From Tubiluchus corallicola (lineage: Eukaryota; Animalia; Priapulida), in contig JAQGDQ010000943.1 in NCBI GenBank assembly GCA_030141605.1, positions 14,566 to 78,565 of the forward strand: a stretch of 64,000 nucleotides of DNA, in the 5' to 3' direction. Of this stretch, positions 49,375 through 61,347 are shown piece after piece. Positions within the stretch are counted from its first letter, which is position 1, and every line of letters begins with the position of its first letter. Both the position numbers and the translations under genes were made by a program. The notes beneath the pieces were generated by a model. That model had not been told where the DNA came from and searched no databases. It worked only from the letters and a program-made list of their open reading frames with translations.

Positions 49375-52300
49375 CACATTACCTGTACCTTAGCTTTCTT
49401 TTGTATCACCCCCTGCATTTCCTAGTGACGGTTTACCTCGCCGTGATTAAAACCCAGTTCCATGAAGTCTACCTGCAGCTCGGGCTTCATGTTTCACCTG
49501 GACGCAATTTCACTGAGTGTTTGTTTTGCAATGTTATCATTACGAAAGATGGAACACAGTTCTTGTGTTGACTCAGTCATATGATCCTGGTATTTCTATA
49601 ATAACGCCTTTTGCGATTTAAACGCGCTTATGAAGCCATTCGAGTTAGTTAGCAGTGGTTTCATTTGTTTGATTTACATTGAGCGGAGGCAGTGAGTTGT
49701 TATCGTTGTTTTCATTGTTTTGGCGATTTTCGCGTAGTCCCTAGAGATCTAAAATAAAAACTGCATTTTTATACGAATTTATTGTTTGGATACTAAGAAG
49801 TGCGGTGAGTACTGATTGTTTTCTACACCTACTTAACCATATGGTTGTATTGTTTTATAATACACAAAATACCTCAAATTTAAATTACATATAACGTAAT
49901 TTAAAGTAAAGTAAAAAATAATTTAATTGAGCTCATGTATTAGTGACTGATTGTAGTAGTGAAGTTTGTAGTAGCGACTTAATTTTGAGTAGGTTTCATT
50001 TGACTGAAAATCTGGCTGACAACAAAAAAAAAGATATTATCACGAGGACATGCTCACTTATAGTATTTAAGAACTGCTTAAAATTATCGTCGCTCCATAG
50101 TCAAGAAGTGTTATGGCACAGATTCATGTTAGGTCTACTGAGAGAGCAGCGTTATACTTTCCGGAAACGACGTAATATCATGACAGAGTGAGATGCATTT
50201 AATGCAGAACGACGATTATCCATGGTTAAACAGAGCGATACGTGTGCGTACTGTTGTACATATTGAGCGAACGGCTTGCTATCTTGGGCAAATGAGGTAT
50301 CAATTTGAGAACGTTGAAAGCACTAGGTATATGCATAGCGACTGTAGAAAGAACAATAATATTGAGAGAGGAAAAACAGCTTCTGTGCTCAGTGGAAGAT
50401 GCTAGACAGTATGATGTGATAGCTTCAGAGGGCTAGTTATATATCTTTCTTATTATTTTAATCGTTCCTTATTACAAAGAAGTGACTTTATGGCATCAAA
50501 AATTATACATTGTTGTTTAAATCCAGACTTATTTTCGCAACTTGAAAGTCAATAATAAGTTTTCAATATTGTCTTGATAACTAAAGTACTCTAAAAGTAC
50601 TCTTTTATGTAACCCCAGGCAGCGCACAATATTGTCACCATATGGTCAAGATCTTGTCAGGAACATGACAAAAAGTATGTTAAAAAAATATTGTCACTAT
50701 GTTGGTACAATATAGGATATTTTTGTCCAACATTAGTTCTATATTTGTACAATACTATACGACAATATTTTGTAATCACATTCTGACAAGATTGCGTCAA
50801 CATTGGTACGACATTGGACCAATATTAGAATCACGTGGTTTACACATATTGATAAAAAATATTGGTACAATATAGGCAGTAAAGCCTGCTGCGAACCGTA
50901 AAGAAACAGAAACTTGTCTTCAGTGACACTTTCCTTTCTGGATGCAAAAATATTAAAAAATCTGTACAAGGTAAAGTGATACAACTAAGAACGAATGCCG
51001 TTTCAATTCTGACCAAGAATCTTGTAAAAAATATCAAGCAAAATATGCTATTTAAAGAACAATAAACTTCGTTGTGGTCTTTTTGTCCCTGCTGTCGTGA
51101 CTGAGAATTAATCTTGTCCCATTAATCACGACCTGTAGGTTTCCGCAATGCCAGGTGGCTTTAACGGAGCGAGATTAAAGGTAAAACTAATCACTAAACA
51201 ATAGCCTTCATAACATTGCAAATTCAACTCTTAATGACAAAAATAAAGACAATTAATTAAAAAAAAATCCCACAGTTACAAGAGACACAGCAGCTGTGTC
51301 CCATTCTATGTTTTGTGATCATGGCCTGTGATTATAAACTCTGTGTGTAGTGAGGGCCCCTTCTCCAAAACACGTGACGCCACACATATACTTAAAGTCC
51401 AATCCGGTGGTGGCTGAAGAACACCTCGTCCTTGTTGTCGACGCTTGTCATACGTTATGCTTATGCTGTGGTGAGTATGGCATGGTGTGGTGACGTGTCT
51501 GGTATGGTGTTGTGTGTCATGTGTAGCGTGATGTTGCTGGCGTGGTGTGGGTGGGGTGGTGTGGAAGGTGTGAGTTGTCATCGTGGGTTCATGCGCTAAA
51601 TTTTTAGCAAACTTTGGCTATGAGGTTATTAATAAGCTATATATATTTTCCTTGTCTTTTTGCTGTGTTTTAGTGTTTTTTCTATGTGATTGTATCCTTT
51701 CTTAGTGTGATATCTTTGAGTTACAGTATATCTTAGTACTAGTCATTTTAAATAATTTTGTTCCTTTCTTTCACATATGAAGACGCAACATTCAGTGGTA
51801 GTTTGAAACGTCTCGTTCTTTCCTCGTTTCTTAAATGAGGAAATTCTAATTAACGTGCGCAAGTACAGTTAGTATATGTATGCATCATCGTATCTTTTGC
51901 AACAGTACACAATTCCATTAACAATCAGTGTTTCTACCTTGCACATTGAACATAATAACAATCAAGAGACCCGAGGCCAGTCGCATTAACTTATTGATTC
52001 AGGAACGGTAAGTCGTAGCTAATTGTGTTCAGCGTGTGTAGAGCGTTACAATAATGCCTTTAACTTTCTTACATTAATCTGGCTTCAGTGTTTTTTCACT
52101 TGTATGGCTTCTCAAACACAAGCTAGAATTAATGCGGGTTTATATTTGGCATTTAATCCCAAATGCATTTCGCAGTTATGTTAGCCTGCCACGTAACCGA
52201 GACGCCTAGTGGAATGCTCGTGCATTATTGATCATTAGCGGACACACGAGAGAACGTTGGCCATGCCGCACAATATAAAATTGGTCGCGTTATATTTTTG

Positions 52301-52559
52301 TAGGATTGGTCTCCAAAAATGGCCCGTATATGTCGTATAAACCAAGATAATTTTTTTATTTGCTAACTTTTTTCTACCCCTCTAACTTAATCCTTCATAA
52401 ACATAATGGACAACAAGGAATTTTTGTTTTTAAAAATTTCTTCATTTCTTCCACAGTACCTACTTCAACTAAACGTGTTCTTGGTTTCCTATTTTTATTC
52501 GTTCATTTGTGTTTTATTAAACGCGAACTTTGAATGAGAAAGTGCAGCAACCGAAGTTC

Positions 52560-53785
52560 GTCGTGAGCAGATGCAACAAATAAAGTATTCTTGAATAAGT
52601 ACAGAAAGCGAAAGCCAATCTTGAGTGGATGAACAAGTGGAGTTAATTTTGAGTAGCAGTTGAAGTTTTACTTGAGTAAATGCAGCAAGTAAAACCATTC
52701 ATGAGTAGGTCTAGTAAGTGTAGCCATCTTGAGTAGGCGCACCAAGTAAAATCATTCTAGTCAAACCTTTCTTAAGTAGAGTCAGTAAGTGTTAGCCGTC
52801 TTGAGTACTTGCAGTAAGTAGGTATAGCTATCTTGAGTAGATGCAACAAGTGAAGCCATTCTTGAGAAGGTGCAATACATAAAGCCATTCTTGAGTAAGT
52901 GTGCTCTAAATGAAGGCAATCTTGAGTAGGTAGAGCAAATGAAACCTGATGGTAGTGCAATAAGTGACATCAGTAAATGATTCTAAATTCTTGAGTAGGT
53001 GTAACAAATGAAATCTAATCTTGAGTAGGTGCAGCAAATGAAATCTAATCTTGAGTAGGTGCAGCAAATGAAATCTAATCTTGAGTAGGTGCAGCAAATG
53101 AAATCTAATCTTGAGTAGGTGCAGCAAATGAAATCTAATCTTGAGTAGGTGCAGCAAATGAGATCTAATCTTGAGTAGGTGCAGCAAATGAAATCTAATC
53201 TTGAGTAGGTGCAGCAAATGAAATCTAATCTTGAGTAGGTGCAGCAAATGAAATCTAATCTTGAGTAGGTGCAGCAAATGAGATCTAATCTTGAGTAGGT
53301 GCAGCAAATGAAACCTAATCTTAAGTAGGTGCAGCAAATGAAAACTAATCTTAAGTAGGTGCAGCAAATGAAAACTAATCTTGAGTAGGTGCAGCAAAGG
53401 AAATATAATCTTGAGTAGGTGCAGCAAAGGAAATATAATCTTGAGTAGGTGCAGCAAATGAAAACTAATCTTAAGTAGGTGCAGCAAATGAAACCTAATC
53501 TTAAGTAGGTGCAGCAAATGAAACCTAATCTTGAGTAGGTGCAGCAAATGAAACCTAATCTTGAGTAGGTGCAGCAAATGAAAACTAATAATCTTAAGTA
53601 GGTGCAGCAAATGAAACCTAATCTTGGGTAGGTACAGCAAATAAAAACTAATCTTGAGTAGCTGCAGCAAATAAAAACTAATCCTGAGTAGGTGCAGCAA
53701 ATGAAATCTAACCTTGAGTAGGTACAGCAAATAAAAACTAATAGTAGTGCAATAAGTGGCATCAAGTAAATGAATCTAAATTCCT
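52560..53785. repeat. 30-bp minisatellite: ~25 homogeneous units at 52990-53740 plus degenerate units upstream
   Basis: Unit AATCTTGAGTAGGTGCAGCAAATGAAATCT, contiguous, with no spacers. Confidence 0.96.
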
Positions 53786-55479
53786 TTTTAAGAAAAAACT
53801 CGATATACCAACCTCCGTCGTTTCGAGTGTCAAATCTTTATGTAATGAATATGAACGCCATTTTGAGGTTTGAGAATTTCGCTTTAATTAATGCTCTTTC
53901 CACATTATACAAAATTAATGTGCGTTCGGTTAAAACAATATAGATGATGATATTACACGGTTCTAAATTTCAGTATTCTGTACGTATAAATCTTCAAAGC
54001 CGCAATCAGCCATTCATAATCCAATTGTAACGATCACATATCAGGTTTTTCAGCACTGTACAAGAAATGTCGTGAAGCTAGAGTGGTTGTTTGGATGTTT
54101 GGCGGAGAGTCAACCGACATTGACAGGATAATTAGAATGAGTTGAAAATGTGATATTCGTGTTAAACTGACGAAATCGATTGATGCAAAAATGGTTTAAT
54201 CTTACAACTTGTCTTTTACTCATACTCATAGTCTCTTAGTCGAACCACATATACATAAAAATGGTAAACATAATGTACATTAGTCAAGAACAGTCAAAGT
54301 AAATCTATTCACTTTAATCATTAAATTTATCACGGTATATGAACAAAACTTTTTTAACACCCAACTGTCTGTGCGCCTTGATTATACTCTAAACTCGCTA
54401 CCTAGTGTGAATACAAAGTGTATTAATAACTCAGTGTCAGTGCAAACTTAGTGCTAACGAAAAATTATGTTTAAAAATACAAATCAAAATTCGTAACAAA
54501 CAGTAAATTAATAAATTGAAAAGTAACGTATTGAATTGGGCTCGCAATACTGCACATACTGCGCCTGGTAATCAAGAGAGATACCTGCTTTCTGCAGCGA
54601 AGATTTTGCAATGAGCGAACGTACAGACGGTTAAATACCCGTCATGCAAGGAATGATTTGGCGTTTAAGAACAAGCTATAGGAGATTTTATGAATTAATA
54701 GTAACGATGGGACAAATTACTTTGTGCCAAACGATGTCAGACCACTCAGTCATTGTGTTTTAGAACGAACCAGGCCACAGAGATACTGCAAAGCTCATGC
54801 AGACAATGCACACAGGTTACAAAAACCTAGATTCTCAGTGCTGTGCAACAAGATTTTACAAATACTGCCAATACTGTAGTCCATAATCATGTTTAAAACA
54901 AGTTCAGATAAGATTGAATAAAGTTTGGTAAATAATCAGAGAATTCGTAATACATACGCCTTTCCCTAAATAAGCAAACGTTTAAATTACTTTATGTTGT
55001 CAATAAGACTAACAACATGGTTTTGGTGAGCCAATAGTGCATACTGTGATACAGTGACGTTTTGGCAGTTGATGAGAACATTTAAATTATAAAGATTTGC
55101 TTTCCAATTACATAAATCTTTCAAGCAGCTGAGCCTAATGTTAAGTAAGATAACTTTGTATTGATTTTTTGGATATACTTTAAAATTCCCTTTTCTTCCC
55201 TTTGAGATTTAATATTCATTTCCTCTATAACATACAGTCTTTTCCAATAATTCACTATTGGAATCATTTCATTAATTCTCTTCTCCAAACAGATTACTTC
55301 CTGCTTCTTACTTTCAGTCAAGCACACCGATCTGAAAAATCGGCTTTGTAAAATCCCGCAAAACGCCCAGGGCAGTTTGATATTGATTTCCATCAAGGTA
55401 TCGGTCCGAAGCCTGTGTAATGTACAATGCGTGTTGAGGTTCCATGAACTTCTTTCTACCCTTTAATTAATTTGAAACG

Positions 55480-55930
55480 CCTTGCTGGAGGATGGAATGA
55501 GAACGAAAACGTTTGAAACACTGTACTGGGGGTGGAAATGACCACAAAAACATTTGCAACACGTTTCCGGGGGTGTAAATGACCGCGAAGACGATCGGAG
55601 CACCTTGCTGGGGGTAGAAAAGACCGTGAAAACGTTTATGAGCACCTTGCTGGGGGTGTAAATGATCGCGAAGACGATCGGAGCACCTTGCTGGGGGGAG
55701 AAAAGACCGTGAAAACGTTCGAAGTGCCTAGCTGGGGGTGGAATGATCTTGAAAACGTTTGAAGCACCTATCTGTGGGTAGAAATTACCTCAAAAAACTT
55801 TGAATCACCTGGCTAGGGTGGAAATAACCGTAAAAATATTGGCCAGCACCTTGCTATGGATAAAAACAACCGCGGAAACGCTTGCAAGCCCCTTGTTTGG
55901 ATTGGAAATGACTGCCAAAACGTTTGCGAG
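55480..55930. repeat. ~40-bp GC-rich minisatellite with an ~80-bp dimeric sub-period
   Basis: Units GCACCTTGCTGGGGGT..AAATGACCG.GAA.ACG.T alternate between two variants at 55570-55720. Confidence 0.8.
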
Positions 55931-56134
55931 CGTTTTCATTAGATTTGATTAGTATCCTGAATTGATTAATTAGTAAAATTTAACAATCTTTGGTATTGAT
56001 TAAAATCTTGTATTACCACCTATTTTAATATTTTTAAGTTGGTATTAAACAACAACCACAGTACAATGATTATGGCAGTATTACTCTAAATGAAGTACTC
56101 AAAGTTGCAGTTATTTGTCAGTCAATCAACTCTT

Positions 56135-56430
56135 GTTTACCGAAGCTCTACCTGTATTTTGAACAAAATTGTCCCACGTATTAAAAAAATCTACTGCCTT
56201 ACTGAAGCTCCGCCCACATGTTGAAAAAATCTCCTGCTTTACCGAAGCTCCACCCAGTATGTTTAAAAAAAATTTACTAGTGCTCGGCCATATGAAAATT
56301 TCTCCTATCTTATTAAAGCTCTTCTCACATGCTGGAAGAAAGTGTTTAGCAAGGCTGTGGGTACACATTGAGAAAGTTCTCGCAATTTACCAAAAGCTCC
56401 GCCCACGTCTTGAAAAAATTTCTGCTTAAA
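56135..56430. repeat. Degenerate ~40-bp tandem repeat
   Basis: Recurrent TTACCGAAGCTCC.CCCAC....TT.AAAAAAT motif. Confidence 0.6.
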
Positions 56431-57808
56431 TTTCTGCTTAAATGACACTTAAATAATTTCCTAAAGAACGCGATTGAGATACTGGCATTCTTCTATTGAT
56501 TCATTCTTGCAAAATTTAATAATTAACAGGAATTTTTTCAAAATGTGAGAGGAGATTTGTTAAAACAGGAGAACTTTTTAAAAAATTTTCATTATCTTCA
56601 CGGATTTTACATTAGCGTGAAAATTAATAACTTTTTCGATTGCATATCCTATATCCTACTGGTTTTTAAAACAGCGTACTCAAGAGGCACGCAGTCACAG
56701 AGCCCACCTGTTTTTGTTGCAGAGCAACGAAAGCGCTAGAAGACGCAAAAATTTCCGAAATTTGCACCCTGAAATTATTAACAGAAATCATAAAAACACT
56801 TCCAAAACTTTACTTTCAGGATTTTGGTTTTATGACTTGGCAAATGACGAGATGGATTAGCAAGATTTATCCTACACAGAAATATTTCAAACTCGAAATA
56901 CTAGTTTCTCGACTGTGTACAGAGTGAAGGAGTATGGGCCCAGGTAAGTGTTCACAAAGTAGTATTTGTTTATTGAACAATCTTGCACACATCAAAAAGG
57001 TATTGTAATTTGTGTTTTTATTGCAAGTTAGCACAATGCAAACCAGAATGCAGCACTCAAGGACAAACCTTACTAGTAACGTTGAGTACGTGTGGTGGGA
57101 CTGGAATTTATCCAATTAATAAGCAGGAGTGTCTCACTGAATGCTAATCACCAAGTCTCCCGCTGAATATCTTTCGCCATCGGGGGCAGGAGGGAGTAGA
57201 GCATTATAGTGCCCATCCATTTACTGAGACGCTCGACAATGCTTCACTTTCATATAAAGTATGAAAGATCATCACACGAAAAAAATAACATATTTGATTT
57301 AATATTACATTGTCTATAAATTTATTAGGTGTTTATTAAACTGGTGATGAGGGGAGTAGATTGATAGATGGTGTGTTTGCTTAGCATACGGTGAGTTAGA
57401 CAGTTAAACAGCGCTAAGCCTGTTCACAAAATGCAGACAGCCTGGGATCACTAATTCTGCATGCGCTGCTGCATTTGCTGTGCAGCATCCGATGCTTCCA
57501 ATCATGTTTTTCACTGGGAGAGGTATACAAACTTGGATAAGATGTCTTCAGGATATCATCTTAAAGTTTGTCCTTGACAATGAAATGGCTTGTGTCTCAC
57601 CACAACCATCATTAGTAGCAAGCTGTTTAAGCTGCGTTCATTTATTAATTCATTAACTTTAAATAGCCTCTCGGAAAAAGAGGTGCTTTTAAAAACGACA
57701 TCTTTTTCGAACTACTAATTATTACGGAAACCTACGTGTAGTTTGTGATAACTTTTATCTATAGTACAACATTTTTGCGAAAGATGTCACCACCATGCAA
57801 TATATATA

Positions 57809-58160
<352 letters not shown>

Positions 58161-58683
58161 AGTTTATAGCTATTGTTGTTGGACAATCTTACGGAAATCC
58201 AGTTTCGCAAAACTCTATCTATAGAATTATCTTCGTTGAATTTCGTAATTTCTTGATGTCTTCTACACGAAATCATGGAGCGCAGTGACGAAAAAGGTGG
58301 ATTTCTATGTTAATGGAGAGATACGAACGTGTTCTAATTCGCTTATTGTGTTAAATTGTAAAATGCTATCAACGCAGTGTGTAATAGTAGCAATCTTCAC
58401 GACTTCAATTCTAAATCTAAATCTAATGTGTCGCAATTATTAAGATAATTAATAATATTACATAAACTGTGTTTACCATCGAACCAAGCTAACATTTTAT
58501 TTAAAACATAAAACATTATATAAAAATTAATAATCTAATCAATATGGCGTAGAAAAATAAATTTTCATGTAATTCTATACAACTGATGAACCAGAAATTA
58601 TTATTAGAAATTTAAAAGAATTTGATTTGTTAAATTTTGACAGACGAAAACTTGTTTATTGTTAGGATTAATTTTATACACTC

Positions 58684-61041
58684 TCACTGATATGTAACAA
58701 AAAGAGGATCTCCAACTTTTATTGCTCCAAGTTCATCCATGGAAAGATAAACACCCATCATTCCATTATCTCCATATACGGCTTTTTCTCGAAATGATGC
58801 TGGTCTGTATCTAAAAATGTAATAAATTGTAATCATATTAACACGTTTTCACTGTTGACAACAAAGCTCAAGCAAACAAGACTGAAACAATTCAGATCAA
58901 AATCAGCAAGCATGACTACGTTTATCATGCGACTATGGCTGGTCCAGTGTTGTTTACTTATGCCAAAACCTGCAGATTATTAATGTAATTATGCTCTTGT
59001 GTGACTTACCAGTGTACTTGGTGGTCGCAACTAATTCTCATTTGACCATATCTGGGCCAGTGCTATCTAGGTCCCTTAATCATATTCCCTATATCGGAGA
59101 CCCTATAGGATTATATGGGGTATACCCCAATGCTTGCCCTATAAGTTTCATGACACTAAGTACTATAGTTTAAGAGTTATTCAAAATTATGATTCTATAC
59201 CTAATATTAATGATGAAATGAAATGAAAATTAGTCCGGAATGTGAAGCATTGGGTTATTCGCTTATTAGTTTTTTGCCCAATTGCCGAGATACATCGTTT
59301 ACAAGACCACTGTCATTGAAAGGGCTATCATGACAAACCATCCTCCCCAATTTTTTTCTTTTTAGCTGGTCCAGAAAGTGAGCTACAACCCTTTAAAATG
59401 ACTAGCAAAACCCGGCGAGCTTTGGTTGCTTTTCCTGTTACATCGCTATTAGCTATACTTGCAGGATGATTTCAGTCAAGGTGCAACTATTCTTTATTCC
59501 TTTCACTCTTTCCCTCTCTCTCTCTCCTCCCCCTCTCTCTCCTCTCTTCTCTCTGCCTTGGTAACATAGAAAGACATACAGTAATCCGAAAGTGTGTGGA
59601 ATTACCGCCGATAAACATATGAATTTTAGTAGCCATACTTTCAGGACCAGATAAATTGCTTGGAAGAAATGGGCTAAACTTAAGAATGTAATTTATAAAA
59701 CGTTATAGTTTTGTTTTGCCATAGTTTTTTACAAACAATCTTGTGAAATTGATTATTAAATTATTAAAAGCATCTGAAAGTAATGAAGTCCAGTATTGCG
59801 CCATTGTCGACATCAACTGCTCAAAGAATTTTTCCTACTACAATACTTAACTTCGGAAAATCGATCGTATTTCGGAGGCAAATAAATTTCTAGAAACACG
59901 ACTGCGTAGCGGCCGCCACGCTCTAGGCCATGACGACCAAGGCGGTATAAAAAAACTGGCTTTTTATAGAAGCTAAGAGGACAGCCATGAACCTAAAATG
60001 ATAATGATGATGATGACAACAACGACGATGAAGTTTGCCTCACAATGAGCAAATGACAAAGTCTTGTATTACACAAACATGAATCATAAGAACAACACGC
60101 CGAACTGAACGTCTCTATAAAGTTATTTGCAGAAGAATAACACAAAAATCATCATACGGGCATATCCGCTGCTGGCGGATTATTATCTATGGCAACTGTT
60201 ATAATCCATGTCGTTACTAACATAAAAACTACGGGTAAGTTATTAAACGCTAGTGACAAGAATACCAGCAAGTCGATATATATTTCAAATACATGTAACA
60301 CACAGCATACTTACTTTTCTAAACTCTTTTTTAAACTAAATTTGGTGTCCATCTGTCCTGTTTCCTGGTCAACACAGGGCAATGTGCAGCGGCCACACCT
60401 GAATATCACGCGTCCTGATACATTTTCACCTATCCGGAATGTAGACCATTTTTCCTGAAAAATTCGTAGTTAAAGTTCCTTCTTTTGCAAAGTCAGTTTA
60501 TATTCATTAAATCGTCTTTATTATTGAAGTATTACTAAAAAGTATTAAAGTTAAAAACTTTCTCTCTCTGGCCCTTCGCTTTCTTTCTTTCCTTCTCTCT
60601 CTCTCTCTCTCCTCTCTCTCTATTTCTCTCTTTCTCCTTTGCGATCTTCTGTAAACTGGTGTAGTAGTTTAAATTACGCTGATAATTCATCTTACTTCAT
60701 CAAAAGGTTTACTGCAACTGACTAGAATGTTAGGTCTGTAGTTTAGTTCAGAAACTTTCATGTCTGGCACTTGACGAGCAAAATCTGCTACAGATTCCTG
60801 GACGATCAAGTGAACTGGAGCAATGTCTTGGTACGCCGTCTAAAATTAATGAAAGTTTACAATTATTCATTAACAGTTGCCAAAGAAACAGTGTTGGTGT
60901 AATCTGTATAAATAAGATTCTGAATAATTTGTATTACATTTTGCAAATTGTAATTTATTAATCAACAAGTGAATGCACCATAATTCATATTGCTAGACCT
61001 AATAATTGCTGACGTGGATATTAGTAGAATTTATAGTGGAA

Positions 61042-61076
<35 letters not shown>

Positions 61077-61312
61077 CATTATCATTATCATTATCATTAT
61101 CATTATCATTATCATTATCATTATCATTATCATTATCATTATCATTATCATTATCATTATCATTATCATTATCATTATCATTATCATTATCATTATCATT
61201 ATCATTATCATTATCATATATTATCATTATCATTATCATTATCATTATCATTATCATTATCATTATCATTATCATTATCATTATATTATATTATTATTAT
61301 CATTATCATTAT

Positions 61313-61347
<35 letters not shown>

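Noticed and set aside
52906-53765. Long 274-aa and 260-aa ORFs, and a CRISPR-like look of the 30-bp array
   Set aside because: The units are contiguous with no unique spacers, there are no cas genes, and the context is eukaryotic. The ORFs are translations of a stop-free 30-nt unit.
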